A stretch of DNA of 63,290 bases, filler included, from Collodictyon triciliatum (GCA_043381765.1; 8 parts of 8 records of this genome joined end to end with filler, not necessarily neighbours in it); one strand, 5' to 3'; counted from the whole stretch's first letter, positions 16,101 to 29,863 are shown. The notes: generated from the letters alone by a model not told the origin. Translations and numbers: made by a program.

Positions 16101-19100
16101 GGTATGTGTTTTCGATTTGGATTTAAGAATGGTTCATATGTTGATTAGTTGGTTTTTTTAAAATTCACATTTGATGCAATTGTGTATCTATCGATTTAAT
16201 TAAAACGGAATTTAAAATACGAATACCAAGAGTATGCAGATAAATAAGCTTTTCTAGTAGATACGTAATTTAAAGATTTTTTTGTAGATTTAGTATTCAC
16301 AAGGCGATACGTAATACGATTATTGAAAAATAAACGACGTAGCATGACTATTCCGTAGGCAAACCATTCATCTCGATTAAACTTTATTAGAAAATATATA
16401 GCTGAGGCAATTATATTATAAACATTAAAATAATTGATTATATGTTTTCATACTATATTAAATCTATCAACTGAATAATGAAATAACTAGCATTGCCAGA
16501 CTTCGATGATTATTCTTAATTTTGTAGATTTTGTGCTGTCATTAGTAATAGTTTTACAACTGAAATATTTTTAATTATAAACTATTCGACTTAATGCATG
16601 CTGTATTTTATATGTTAAATAGGCAATGTTTTCAAATTAAATAAAGTCTCCTTACCACAAAAAAGGATGCACGACTTTTGATTACAAAAATTTACAACGA
16701 ATGTTATTTTATGTTTTATTTTTTGGTCGTGAATGACTAGACAAAGACATACTTACTTCACACACAACACAACCCAACACCCCCACCATACGTTCTTAGA
16801 CCTTTACTTCAGACCATCGGGAAAACTAGGAGCCGCCGATCCACCACCCTTTCCCCCTCCTCCAAGTAGTAGATCGAAACAGTTCCCTTTCCCACGGATT
16901 TTGTCTTTTGTCCCTCTCATTTGCAAATGTATCTGAGTTTTGTCCATGACTTTAGTTTGAAAAATCTCCGATTCAAGATGAATAATTAATAATTAATATG
17001 GTATATTGAATAAAATAATGCGATTTTTCAGCTAGTCCATGAATTTGTCAGATTGAACCATTTATCAAAACGAGACCTAAATTAAGAAGGAAGTTTGATT
17101 GATAATCTGCTAAAAATTAGGCTATACATACATGTACTTAAAGTGTGCGTATTTAGTTTTTCTATCGTTGAATATCAAACATGTGACGAATTTTATGTCG
17201 AATAAATTTAAAAATTTTCGTGCTTTTCAATTATGATAAGAATTAGATGGGGAAATTAGACAAGAATCATACTTTTTTACTGTCAGAATCTTGGTCAATC
17301 TGGCCCAAAGATTGCACTATTCTTTGTAATGCCCTCAAAGTTTTAGTCATGAGTTTCTTTAATTATAATAAAAATTAGATTCATGAAACTTGAAACCTTG
17401 AAATAAATTTCCTTTTGATGCTATGAATCGGCTTGGTCAACCTACTGTATGACTTGTTTATCGCCAAAAAAATAAGAGCTACAGAGTCCTTGTAAGATGA
17501 AATGGGTGACAGATGGGCCCTTTCTGAAAGTTCGTGAAGTGCTATTATAAATGGTTTTTTCTGAGTTCATCCTGAGAAATAATCAAGATATTTAAGGAGT
17601 TGAAAATTTTGTCCTGGTCTTCCTTATCCAAGCGCAAGACCCAGACCACAGGCCAAACTGCAGGATGTAATTCCTGAGTACCGACTACTTCATCTCCGCC
17701 GCCCGGCCACCAGGTAGCGTCCATGCAAACGATGGCTAGCGAAACAAAGCCAACATCCCCACCGTCCTGCACAAAATGGAATGGAAGAATAAAAAAAAAG
17801 TTCGAAAATATTGTATTAATCATATAGACATTTCTTATTTCAATGAAACCGCCTTTAATATCGTTGAAATTAACTCATGATTTATTTTTCCAATTTGGCT
17901 ATTTTTAATTCATACATGATTCAATATCATATACGCCTTATGAAATGTAAGGGTAAAAATTAACTAGGATAGCAAAATATCAGAATCTACCGTTTTTTGG
18001 AATCATAAAAATACCTGTAGAGATTTTCCCAAACATGTGTCATACCTGAATCTGGTTGATTAAAGTATGATTTTGAGATTCAAAGAGTCAAGTTGAACGG
18101 ATGAATATCTTCGGACTATTAGAATGGATAATTCATTACTTATATTTCCAAAATTTTTAGTAATACTGTAGTTGCTGATTCAAAAAATAAAGGTATATTT
18201 CTTCAGAGTCTGCAAAAAATAATTTACAATATTCTTGCCGGTTCCGCTAATTCCTATCCTGGGGAAGTTATGCTGGTTTGCCGGCTTTTATATGTTCTCN
18301 NNNNNNNNNNNNNNNNNNNNNNNNNNNNNNNNNNNNNNNNNNNTTAATTAATTAANNNNNNNNNNNNNNNNNNNNNNNNNNNNNNNNNNNNNNNNNNNNG
18401 GAGATATCTTGCAGCACCTTCCTAGATTTTCTTGGCCCTGGCGACAGCGTAGTGAGCGATGCATGTGGTTTCAAGAAGTAATTCAAGAAACTGTGATGTG
18501 CGAGGGTTTCCAGCCTAGCTATTTTTGATTCCTTTTCTGATGGATTCATTGATGCAAGAGAAAGGCGCATCAGTTTTTTGCGGCCTCTGGTGTGTGTTTA
18601 TTTCCTACCAACGCAGTTTCCCTCATCCGCGCGGGATGTTGTTTGCTGGTTGGTTTTCTGGCTTGAATTCTTTGTCCGGTGGTGACAGATCGGCACATTT
18701 TCGTCTCTGGAACAGGCGATTCTGTCTCCCCTTTTCGGTGTTGTTGAGGATCAGGTGTCTGTCAACAGCAGTCAACGAGTCTTGCCCTGGCTGATATTTT
18801 TCTGTTCATTTACTTCTAGTTTTTCCTTCCTTTCTCTTTTCTTTTTTCTTTTTATTTCTTACATTTTCCTCTTATTTCTTACATTTACTTTTACGTGTTT
18901 TTTTTTCTCTTTTCTTTTCGTTTTCTTTTCTTATAAATTGAAGCTACCTTTATCCTCAAGTGAGAGTGGGTGGAAAAGGATCTTCTTTTCCTCCATCTGC
19001 TTCATCATCTACGCCTCCTTCTAACTGCCTTTGCGGCCATGCGCTAACTCAAGGCCCCAGGTGCTCCCAGCAATCAGGAAAACAGAGCCGTGTTTTATAA

Positions 19101-19118
19101 CCCAGGCAATACAGGAAA

Positions 19119-20807
19119 ATGTCTCAAATATCACCACGGCCTAAAAGCGTCCCGGCGCAGCGAATGCTCCCGATCACGTTGCGGTTGGTGATCGTGGGGG
19201 AGTCGGGCTCAGGAAAAACAAGCTTTGTTAACCGATTTTCAGTGAGTCTTTTTTTTTTTTGGTATCTTTCTTTCCTGTTCTTTCTCTTAACCGAGAGTGT
19301 CATTATTAAAACGATAACTTGAAGCAGAATATGAGCTGTCTTATTGGTAACCACCAATCAATATATATACATATATATACATATGCTCATGATGATGCTT
19401 ACTAATATGATTTTGATAATTAAAACATATATCAATAGGAGGATATTTTCCAAGATCGCTTTGTCGCCACAGTCGGTGTAGATTTTGTAAGTAGATATGA
19501 ACATCAATTGAATTGGGAACCAGTGCTTTCAAATTGTCCAAATGACACTCGCCATATAATGCCTCCTGATTTACTTTTCATATATAATCATATCTTTAGT
19601 TAATAATTCAGTGTAGCTTTCTTTGAATCGAATAAAGGAAAAAAAAATTCAGTGTAGCTTTCTTCGTTTCAATCAATGTTCATTTCGATATGATTTTTTT
19701 TTAATTATCTTTATTCAGAAAACCCGTTTTCTTGAAGTGGGGAAGTACCTCGTAACAGTTGAAATTGTATCCTTAATTTTTTTGTTTGACTTTTGGATAA
19801 AAGAAAACAACTTAAATCCATACACACATTTTGACCTTTCTTTTCATATTTCCATATCAAAGTTTAAGACGAACATGAAGTTTATCTTTAACACCAGTAA
19901 GTGGGATACAGCAGGACAAGAGAGATTCCGTTCGATTACAAACGCGTATTACCACGGTTCGGATGGCATCATCCTCGCCTATGACATCACTCGCCGAGAA
20001 ACTTTTCTAAGTATCCCTGGATGGCTGGAGCAAGTTAGACAGGCTGTAGGGGATTCGGTGGTAAGTCCTTTCCTCTTGAAAATAAATAATGTTCATGGTG
20101 AAAAGGATGAATTCTCGATTGGGAAACCCCCCAAAGGTTAAGGAGGACTCTTTGAAATGCCTTAAAATATATTATTAACTTTTAATATGTACTGCAGCCA
20201 ATAATATTGATTGGGTTGAAACTTGACAAAGAGGACTCTAGGCTTGTAGACAGAGGAGAGGGGATAGTAAGAGTTTAAATTATTGTTGTAGATATTAAGT
20301 AGGAATTATAAACTTTCAAAGTGGAGCCAACGATGATAGAGATGATTGCCCTTAGTATTAAGGGCTATCAACTGATCCCAAAAAAAATCTGATAGGCATT
20401 TGCGGAGACCAACAAGCTTCTATTTACAGAAACCAGCGCAGCCACGGGCTTGAACGTGTCAGAAGCTTTTCATCTGCTTTGCCAAGCTGTGCTATCCAGG
20501 AGAACAGAATCGTACGCTATCGCCTCATATATTCGTTTTGCTATTTCTTCACGTTTAAGATCTCTATTATTTTCTCAACATTTTCATTTGTTGTAATCTA
20601 AAATGAGCACGATATTTCTCATCAAATTCCATTAGTATTCATGCTTTCAAGAATATGGCTTAAAATTATGGAAGTCTAACAAGTAACTATCCTCTCACCA
20701 ATAGAACGTCTCCAGTCTCTACACCGAGCAAATCGTCAAGCCAGGCTCCAATCGTAAAAGTGATTTCATCCGACCAGCCGACTCAGCGTCGGTGCCTTAG
20801 ATGCTAA
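19119..20807 (+). CDS. Rab-family small GTPase, divergent (Rab1/8-like), 7 exons
   Basis: [42 protein letters not shown] and C-terminal CLRC*. Exons splice in frame with GT-AG introns. Confidence 0.92.
19605..19664 (+). mobile_element. Tiny retroposon-like 3'-end insertion with 19-bp target-site duplication (intronic)
   Basis: AATTCAGTGTAGCTTTCTT (19605-19623 and 19646-19664) flanks TGAATCGAATAAAGGAAAAAAA. The same core recurs at ~58172 and, inverted, at ~27021. Confidence 0.65.
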
Positions 20808-23026
20808 GAGTGAAAAGCCCAGCCCAATTTTATGGTGGTTATATAGAAGTGCCATCCCCAAATGAAAACAGGCACTCAAAGTTTTTCTTTTTCCCTTCCA
20901 CTTCCTTTTCTGTCTCCACTCCCGAACCGCGATGTGAAAAAAAAAAAATACATATCCCTCGGCCGATTATATTCCTCCCGAAACGCTGGCTACGCTCTAC
21001 AAAGCAGAGATACAGAACCGACACTGGGTTTGGGCGCAACCGCGAATTACACTCATCCAAATATGGAAAATATATGTATTATAGTTTTATTACATAAATT
21101 TGCCACAATCTGATATTTTATGTCGATATAATTTGATATCAATGCATAATAATGTAATTAAATGACCCAAGTCTCAATACCGTACCTCAAAACGAGTTGT
21201 GGTCTCCAGGTCCATTTCAACGAATGTTTCCATATCACACCATTTATTAAGAATCACCCAACCCTTGCGAGGTTTCATGTGGGCATTACAATAAGTGTAG
21301 TCCTTGAAACGACGCTCGGCTTCTGCGCTCCAAAGCATACATCTGGCTCCCCCAAGACACACACCCGTAAGTGCTCACATCCCCACCCCGAAACATGTAC
21401 TCACGGCCGCTAACCCGTACACACTTGGCAGAAGCCTTCAATGATGAAAGTTTAAGTGGGAATCTCTATGAATAGCACGCTGATTCTAACATCTAACTTA
21501 CCTCTGAGCAAGCAAACCACACCCAACACGAGTGAAGTCAGTATCTTGTAATAGCCCGTGCCTAAACATATATTATCTGCTGGTCAATAGAGGCACAGTC
21601 ACCTATTCTGGCCTTGGCTTCGTCTCGCCACCAACGACCTGTGTACATGAATAAAAGGCAGAGCAAACCCCACTCATCCACTGAATACACACAACGCCTT
21701 TTAAGCACCCTGTCACGCTTCATCAGTTTTTTCAGACCTGGAGAAGAGGGTTTTGAGTTAAGCCTCTCCCTTTCTTCCTAAATATGGGGTGGGAAAATAC
21801 TCAGACTACTTGAAAAAGTACAAGGTAGTGGTGCCCGACTGACCCGGTCGATAGCCGAACTTGCTGCGAGGCTACGCTTGCGATAGGAAACGTCCCAGAT
21901 AACGCCCGCTGCCCACGCGAGTGTGTTCAGTCTCTAGACTGTGGGGTATTTGAGAGCGACAACACATTTACTCGTCGCTTCAGATGAGTCACACCACGAG
22001 ATGTGTTTCCTGGGGTCGGCTGCTTGGCCTGTGCTCGACCTCGTCTTCCCCTCAAAAGCCTTCTTGCTACACTGAAATGTTCAAAGGGATCAGCCGCAGA
22101 AAGCTCAATGGTTGGAGAACAAAAATACAGTAAGGCAGAAGAAAACTCGCAAGGGCTGTGGGCTGTAGAGAGACGGCTAGAAAGAGGGCATTATGATTCC
22201 CCTCCTTTGCCTCCTAGTATCACAAGCACTCTCGTGTGCATCTGCCAGCAGAATTCCCACGAAACACAAAAAAATCAAATAAATTAAAAAAAAAACTACA
22301 AAACAAACGATTCAGTTCGCTCCATAAGTTTTCGATTATATTGGAACGGGCAGAATTTCCTTTTGTGTTACACTTGTGGTTGCCACTGAGAACCGAAAGG
22401 AAAAATTGGAACGATGTGCTATTCAATTGGCTTATGAGAATAATTCAACCCACCGAAGCAAACAAACATAAAAGTATATTCTACAAAAAGCAAAATCACC
22501 CAACCCGCTATTTCATCGGTACATTATGTCCCCTGGTTGAATAAGCGAGAACAAATGTGACAGAGAAATGCAGTGTGGCGATAAAAGCCTTTGCTGGATA
22601 ATGCTCTTCGTCCTTTTTTGGGTATTTGGCGCGTACGTTGCTTGTGCTATATACCTTTGAGTTTGCTACGTGTCGATTTTTAATCGATTCTTTTCGAAAA
22701 GCGTCTGTGCGTCGGGCTTGATATTCGTGTGGGTAAAGGGGCTTGTATCAAAACAAAGGAAATGCTCCAAACCCTTCCTCTGGCTCACCAGCACAAAGGG
22801 TTGTGGTAGAACTCATCGATTCAAGCAGGCGGTAGAGCCCTGTAACCAAAGAGCTAATTATTTATTTATCTAAAAATGCAGTTACATATTTTCGTATGCA
22901 TACTCAAGGATGCAATCGGACGCTATATTTTTCTCTTTCCGTAGTTCATTTAGAAAACGCTAACACCAAAGCTCTGACCTAAAACCTAAAGTCTGATTCT
23001 CTGCCCAGTTTGCCTAGAGGAGTGTA

Positions 23027-26000
23027 ATGATATTGGTAATTATCGTATTCCTCTTGGGTGCATCGGCCCAATTTGTCCTTACATCCGACCCAAGCGGCTT
23101 CATATCTGCCGCAGAGGTTTGATGCACTTTTTAATCGCCCAGGCAAAACTTATCTTCCTAAAAAAAAAACATCATATTTTAGTTCTTAATGAAAAGTCGC
23201 ATCTCTGATATGCAGTGGGTGGATGAGAAGGATCAGGTACAATTTACAAACACTGAAAAATACCGGGTTACGACATACTAGCCAGTGTTCAATATCCCAC
23301 TTCGGCTAAGTGTTCAAAGAAACAGGAAGAAAAAAAAAGGGACACGTACACGCCCTCCTTATGTTACACTTAATAATCTTTACCCTAGTTGATAATAATC
23401 CTTTTCGTATTTAATCTGACATTCAATCCTTTTTTTTCAGTCAATCTAAACAGTTATTCTAAGGTTGTGTACGCGCGTTGCAGTTCCGGAAACCTATATC
23501 GCAGCTTTAATCTCGGTATATCCTGGGAGGACCAACTCTCGAAAATGGCTGATTCGACCCTATACCATGACCCTGGAAATCGGTATGGCGTTCGTGAAAT
23601 TGTCATGGCCCCAAGCGACCGAGCGCAGGCGAGTAGACTGCAGTTTTATAAAATTACCTTTTTATATATATATTTCCTATCATCATAGTTACTTTGGGTT
23701 CGATTATTTGATTTAACTGTAACGGATGGCCTCTCTGCATTCGTTCCCCATCGAAACACAGGCTCTCTTTCTTGGATTTGGAACGACCCAGTGGAGGACA
23801 AAAAATAAAGGGCAAACCTATGAGGCCCTTCGTTCGGGTAAAAGATTTTATAAAGCTGTCCCTCACCCCACAGAGAAGGACTGGATACTGGCAGCCCAAA
23901 CATCGGACGCATCATGTGATTCAGAGACATCGTCATCTGGTCACTCATGTCATATTGAGGTGAAGCGTCTATTCCGCATTCTGAACTTTCTTTACATGAT
24001 ATGTGTAATAGACTTTGTGATTATAAGTTCGCTTCACGAGATTTTGTAAAATATTCCTTTCAAATTAGTTATGGGTGACACAAGACTTTGGATCCACATG
24101 GAAACTTATTGCCCGTTATGTCCAGAAAGATGGGTTTGACTGGGCTTACATAGGGCTTCCTGAAGTCCCCAAGGAGAGAATCTATGCAGTCTCAAACAAG
24201 AGGAAGGAAGGAACACAACATTATGGATGGGGAATCGATTACGACTTCGTCTATATCGACAAATTAAACGGAAAGGAAATTAACGTCGTTTCTAAAGGAC
24301 AAGCATTTGCGAAGATGGATAACTACACCTTTGTTGCTGCGGTAGACATCTTGATTTGTAATACAGACACACCTCGGCACATCTCTAATGGTGCTATTAA
24401 TAAGCTCTTCATGACTTAATCTTCCTCTCTACAGATGGAAACATACTCTCTGTCATCTATTTCCTTGATGGTGGACAAAAATCATCACGGCTTTCGACGG
24501 GGATTAATTCCAGCTGACCTCAACGAAAGTGTAATTATATTCTTCATATTCACACCCTAAATATTGAAAAGGAAAAAAATTGAAGAACAAAAATAACAAT
24601 AGGAGAGGCAATTGCAATCTTATCTAGAAAAATACATATTTTTATATTTTATGTAATTTTTTTGAATTAACAGGGATATTCGATTTTGGAGACAGCTCTA
24701 GGGGCAGTCTTTCTTCACGTTAATCACAGAGAGCTGAAAAGCAGTTGGGTAAGAAAACTCAAAAAAACTCATAAACGGATTGGGACCATGTATTGGATTA
24801 TCATGAGAACATTTTTGTTCGATGGCGCCCTTTTAACCATGTCGCCACAGGGTAATCTTTACAATTCAAATGCGGATGGGACGAATTATGTACTGTCTCT
24901 TTCATACCAACATCGAAATGAGTATGGGCTATGCGATTTTGAGAGGGTGAAAGGTCTGAAAGGAATATTTATGTCGAATATCGTCTCAAATACTGAAGAA
25001 CAAAGTGCCATGCCTATCCTGCAAACAAAAATGACTTTCGATAATGGTAAACAGCGAATAATTTACCCAACAATTCCCCAAACTAAGAAAAGAAAACAAA
25101 AAGAAAAAGAAAAAGGAAAAGGAAAAGAAAAGAAAAGAAAATGAAAAAAGAAACATTTCTGCCAATCAACAAAGATCCATTCTGAATTTAAATATCTCAC
25201 ATAGGAGGAGAATGGCATTTCATAACACCCCCAACTAAGGATTCAGCAGGGCAACCGACATGCAAGAATGTATATGAATCCCAAAGTGTCTCAATACCCT
25301 TTACATTATAAAAGATTCATATTTTTGTACAACTCGGGATGGATATCGAAGAAATACATATCATTTGAATTATATCCTAACTTACCATCTCGATTTTTTG
25401 ATTTCAGACGCCAGGGGACAGTTGCCACCTTCACTTGCATGGGATAACGTCATCATATCTTAGCTCTTATTTCCCACCTTTCTACTCTGTCGAAAATGCA
25501 GCAGGGATTATCATAGCAACCGGGAATGTGGGCCCATTTTTGAGCTTTCATACCGCATCTGCATCTGTTTTTGTATCCTCTGACGCTGGGTTGAGCTGGA
25601 CCGAGGTGCGGAAGGGTCCTCACATCTACGAATTTGGAGACCATGGAGCTATCATTGTGATGGCATCGACAGCTGGGCCAACAAACAAATTTATGTATGT
25701 AGCGAGTTGACGATCTTAATTATAAAAATTATGTTTGATATACATATACCCTCTCATCATCTAATTACTCTAATGTTCAATAATGAAGTTACTCGTGGAA
25801 TCATGGTAAAACATGGGCAGAGGTTGAATTCACAAAAACCCCTTTCGATGTGGAAAATATCATCACGGAGCCATCAGCAACCAGCCAGAAGTTCTTGCTT
25901 TATGGAATGCGAGGGTCCTCTTCTGTTTCTGTACATGTTGATTTCTCTGGGCTTCACGAAAGACAATGTAATATTATACTGTTTGAAACACCTATCAAAG

Positions 26001-26380
26001 CTATACAATATACATCATTATATATTTTTGTAAATACCAGTATGAAAAAACAGCATATATTTAAATGAATGTATGATACTCGAAGGTTCGGGGATAGAAA
26101 ATCCTGGCACTAGCGAGAGTGACTACGAACTGTGGACTCCAAGCGATGGTATATTTAATATTGCGCATTTTTAATTATTGTGGTCGATGATAATTGCAAA
26201 TTTTCAAGTGTATTGTTGGTTCTTTAATGTACAACCTTATCCAGGTGCAAGAGGCTGCATTATGGGACATAAGATGTTTATTACTCGCCGCAAGAGTGAT
26301 GTCGAATGTTTCAACGGCCTGGATTATGAGAGAGTCACCATCGCAGAAAATTGCGAATGTTCGAGAGAAGACTTTGAATG
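23027..26380 (+). CDS. Vps10/sortilin-family sorting receptor (multi-exon, 3' truncated by scaffold end)
   Basis: Signal peptide MILVIIVFLLGASA. Asp-box/BNR repeats (SFNLGISW, TQDFGSTW, TFDNG, SSDAGLSW, SWNHGKTW), AGIIIATGNVG, YEFGDHGAIIV and the 10CC module CIMGHK...RRKSDVECFNG...CECSREDFE. Confidence 0.93.
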
Positions 26381-26682
26381 GTAAAAAGGCGTTTATGCTG
26401 TGAAGTCTAGGCAACCACCCACAATATTTATTTATTATTTTTACTTATTCAAGAAAATTATGGCTGATTTACGGAGTAAAAAACGTCCAAAAAAAAAAGA
26501 CAAATAATAAAAAACAAAAACAAAAACAAAAACAAAAACAAAAACAAAAACAAAAACAAAAACAAAAACAAAAACAAAAACANNNNNNNNNNNNNNNNNN
26601 NNNNNNNNNNNNNNNNNNNNNNNNNNTTAATTAATTAANNNNNNNNNNNNNNNNNNNNNNNNNNNNNNNNNNNNNNNNNNNN

Positions 26683-29600
26683 AACGAAGGGATTGTCTTA
26701 ATGGAAAAAAGTAGACCGCTTTAGAAGCTCCGATGACGTTTCCTGATTTTTCGGGGTGCACTCTTTCTGAAAAATGACTTGAGAATGTGCTATTTTCCAT
26801 ATTCAAGCTCTTCGTTTTATCTCCTACACAGACACCGCATTTACAAAATAAGAATTATAAAAATACAAGAAAATAAACAGATGTGAAAATAATAGACGAT
26901 ATTCCTCAAGGCGTAAGCCGATCGTTTGACGAACCAGAGGTTGGGATTTTGTTGAAGGCCTACAAACAGTGATTAAGAAAGCCACCCATTGGTTTTGTCA
27001 TGAACATTTTAATTTTTTCTCCTTTATTCGATTCCGAGCAACTTTATAATTTTAAAATACTTTAATACTTTTCATTATGCTCACATATGACAGAAAGAGT
27101 GACAACCTGATGGTTTGATGTATCTTCGGCCGGTGATGTTATACTTTCCAAAAAGGATAAACGACTTTCTACCACAGACATTCTGCTGTCCATTTTTTCC
27201 AAGCTTCGCTGGATTCTTCCTTCCATTGCACTTAAGCGGTCACCCAGAATTGAAATTGCCTGTTTTGATGTGCATTATTATCGTTGAAAATATTTCCTTT
27301 CAAATATGATAGATTACACATCACGACTCTTGTATGAAAAGATGAGTAGATGATTGTATGCTCTGATGTAGAGATTGGTAAGGCTGTTTGAATGTGTGTT
27401 GCTGTTTCAGCAGGACCTCAGCAAGCCGAACTACCGCTTGGTTTTGGTCCAAATCAGAGGGTCTTTGACTCTGCATCTAAAAATGAAAGTACGAAAAGAA
27501 CATAAAAAATCATGCGTATTTTTGGGGAAAAAAATGTTTAGAGAATAAATAGTTGTAATTCCTGGATTGTGAAAACAATCATATGTGAGATTAGAGTGCG
27601 TTGATTAATGCATCTAGTGATATCATTATATATTTTCTAACCCTTGGATTTTCAAGGAATTGAGCTCTGGCTGGTTCTTCGAAGTTGTAATCTTCGACTT
27701 TTTCGTCTACATCAACGTGTTCATGCTGCCTTGTGTATACATGTTGCGAATATTTGGCGGAACCATGAGAGTCCCCATTTGTTGCTATACAAATGCATAT
27801 TAAGACGGGGCTCTTTAAAATCTTTTAATATGATTTAAAACACGCGCATTAAGTTGGAAGTGTAATTATCATATGACTCGTATATCTCGATTTACTGCAA
27901 ACATATGGGCGCATATTTGGTTTGGGTCGGGAGCTTTGTTGGGTTCGGCATAGGCATCATAGACTCTTCCTTTTAAAAATGCATATTTCTTTCAGTGTTC
28001 ATGAGAGCACAAAACAAGAGACCGAATAAGAGCATATGTTTCTCATCCTCTTCGAGAATGTGGGTGGAGGGTAGGTATCAAATATTGGAAGAGTTATTTA
28101 CATCGTTGATAGCAGGAAGTGGAGGGAATGGACATCAGAATATCAAGAAATGATACCTCTCAAAGAGAATATATTCCAAAAAAAAAACAACTAAAATCAC
28201 ACCTCTTTGTACTCAGGTTGTGGATGCGGTCTCTCGATGATTTCTTCATGCCCGGTAAAGTCAGACATGGATTTGTGTGTACTATTTGTATTGCTGGGGT
28301 GTGAATATGAGTGGTGGTTCTGTGAGTCATAAAAAATGTTTTGGTGTTTGAGTCCATCAAGTTCATCAAAATCATCCTCTTCATATCCAACAGTATCTCG
28401 CTGGGGATGGGAAGTTGACACGTTATTCGGGCTGGTGTCTGCCATCACATCACTAGCAAATGAGCCAGTCTTTTGGGTCATTTGTCGAGATTGTGGGGCT
28501 GAAAGATGATATTGAGAGTGATTAGATGACGGTTGCGAAGGACCTAACCACCACGAAACCCCCTTGGATAAGCCGTATTTCTCCCTGGAAGACTCTACTT
28601 TCTCGGAGCCAGATGTGCTTGTGGAGATGATTTGAGCTTGTCTTTGTGCCTCACTATTGGATTGCGAAGGGTGCTTGGAAACCAAGACTGAGTGCTTTGC
28701 TGATTTTGCTTGAGCCACACTGCTGTTATGATGTTATTAATATGTGTAACGATCACATAACAATAATTTTTTTTTAGATTTTTTAAAAAAAGGAAATTGA
28801 GTATCCATATAATCGTTTTTTTTTAATTTGGATTTGTAAAGTCAGATATGCCATTCCAATTACTCAATGATTATCGATTTGGGAGGAGCTTCCGACCTAC
28901 ATTTTAAGGCTTTTTTCAGAGATGAGCTTTCATATTGTATTTGGAATTTCAAATGCTTTTTGTTTTCTTCTGAATATTATAGTTAATAAAAAAAAATATG
29001 GCACTTGAGTATTTCCTCGTGTTTCGTTTGTACAGCCCGCAGTAGGTCAATAAGAAACATTATCTTCCGCTCTGCATATCCAGGCGAGAAAAATTGATCC
29101 AGACTTAAGTTGCATCTCAATCCAAGCTCTTCTCGTGCGACTCTGTAGACAACCTGGGAAAACTTACCTTTAGAAAGCAGCTATAAACAGCATAACATAT
29201 CGTAATTTGGGCCATATTCAGGTTAAATAAATAAATAATAATAATAAATAAATAGGAAATAAATAGGAAATAAAATTTAAGAAAATGGGAAACAAAGTAA
29301 AATAAAATGGATTTAAAATGGATTTAAAATGGATTTAAAATGGATTTAAAATGGATTTAAAATGGATTTAAAATGGTTGAAGTGGGATGAGGCATTTGAA
29401 TTCATGGTGATCCTGCAAAAAAAAAACCTCAAGGAAGCGGCGGTCGTTTTTTTCTCGAAGGGAATACTTTTTCGCCACGAGAAGTGAAAGAAAAGCAGGC
29501 GAAAATTCTAACAATCCGTGATGGATGATTGGAAGTATGGACTCTACCGCGCCTTCTGCGAGACTTGACAAAGATCGACGAATAAAAAAAAGAAAAAGAA

Positions 29601-29863
29601 AAAGAAAAAGAAAAAGAAAAAGAAAAAGAAAAAGAAAAAGAAAAAGAAAAAGAAAAAGAAAAAGAAAAAGAAAAAGAAAAAGAAAAGGAAAAGGAAAAGA
29701 GCCTTTAGGAAACAAGGTTCATTTCTAAAACGTAAGCTAGTGAATTTAAAAAGTGGCAATGAGAAATCGCTTACGCAGTCGTATCGAGAGGTGCGCTATA
29801 TTGAACTTTGCGGAGCTCGCTACGGAGCTTTTGTATTTGATTGCGCAAGTCGCCGGTGGCCAT
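26683..29863 (-). CDS. CEP44: Centrosomal protein CEP44 homolog (multi-exon; 3' end uncertain or truncated)
   Basis: Spliced N-terminus MATGDLRNQIQKLRSELRKVQY...LPIIHHGLLEFSP...KNDRRFLE|VVYRVAREELG...QFFSPGYAERKIMFLIDLLRAVQTKHEE follows the CEP44 domain. Ser-rich linker and C-terminal coiled coil (RMSVVESRLSFLE). Confidence 0.85.
29308..29700. repeat. Intronic simple repeats: (TGGATTTAAAA)n at ~29308-29376 and (AAAAAG)n at ~29583-29700
   Basis: Directly visible; source of the spurious poly-KR/FL ORFs. Confidence 0.9.

Noticed and set aside
17545-17823. GC-richer patch with a 92-aa minus-strand ORF
   Set aside because: No recognisable motif and no linked exons; could be an isolated exon or element remnant.
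18400-19045. Possible minus-strand gene start divergent from the Rab gene
   Set aside because: I could not splice a consistent open frame.
20850-22600. GC-richer region with minus-strand splice-like signals, considered as a gene or structured ncRNA
   Set aside because: No consistent spliced frame and no tRNA, snRNA or RNase P/MRP motif recognised; unresolved rather than excluded.
29368-29759. Poly-KR, poly-F, poly-I, poly-ST/EV and KQTN ORFs here and at 2453, 42843, 43934 and 59448
   Set aside because: Translations of intronic or terminal microsatellites.
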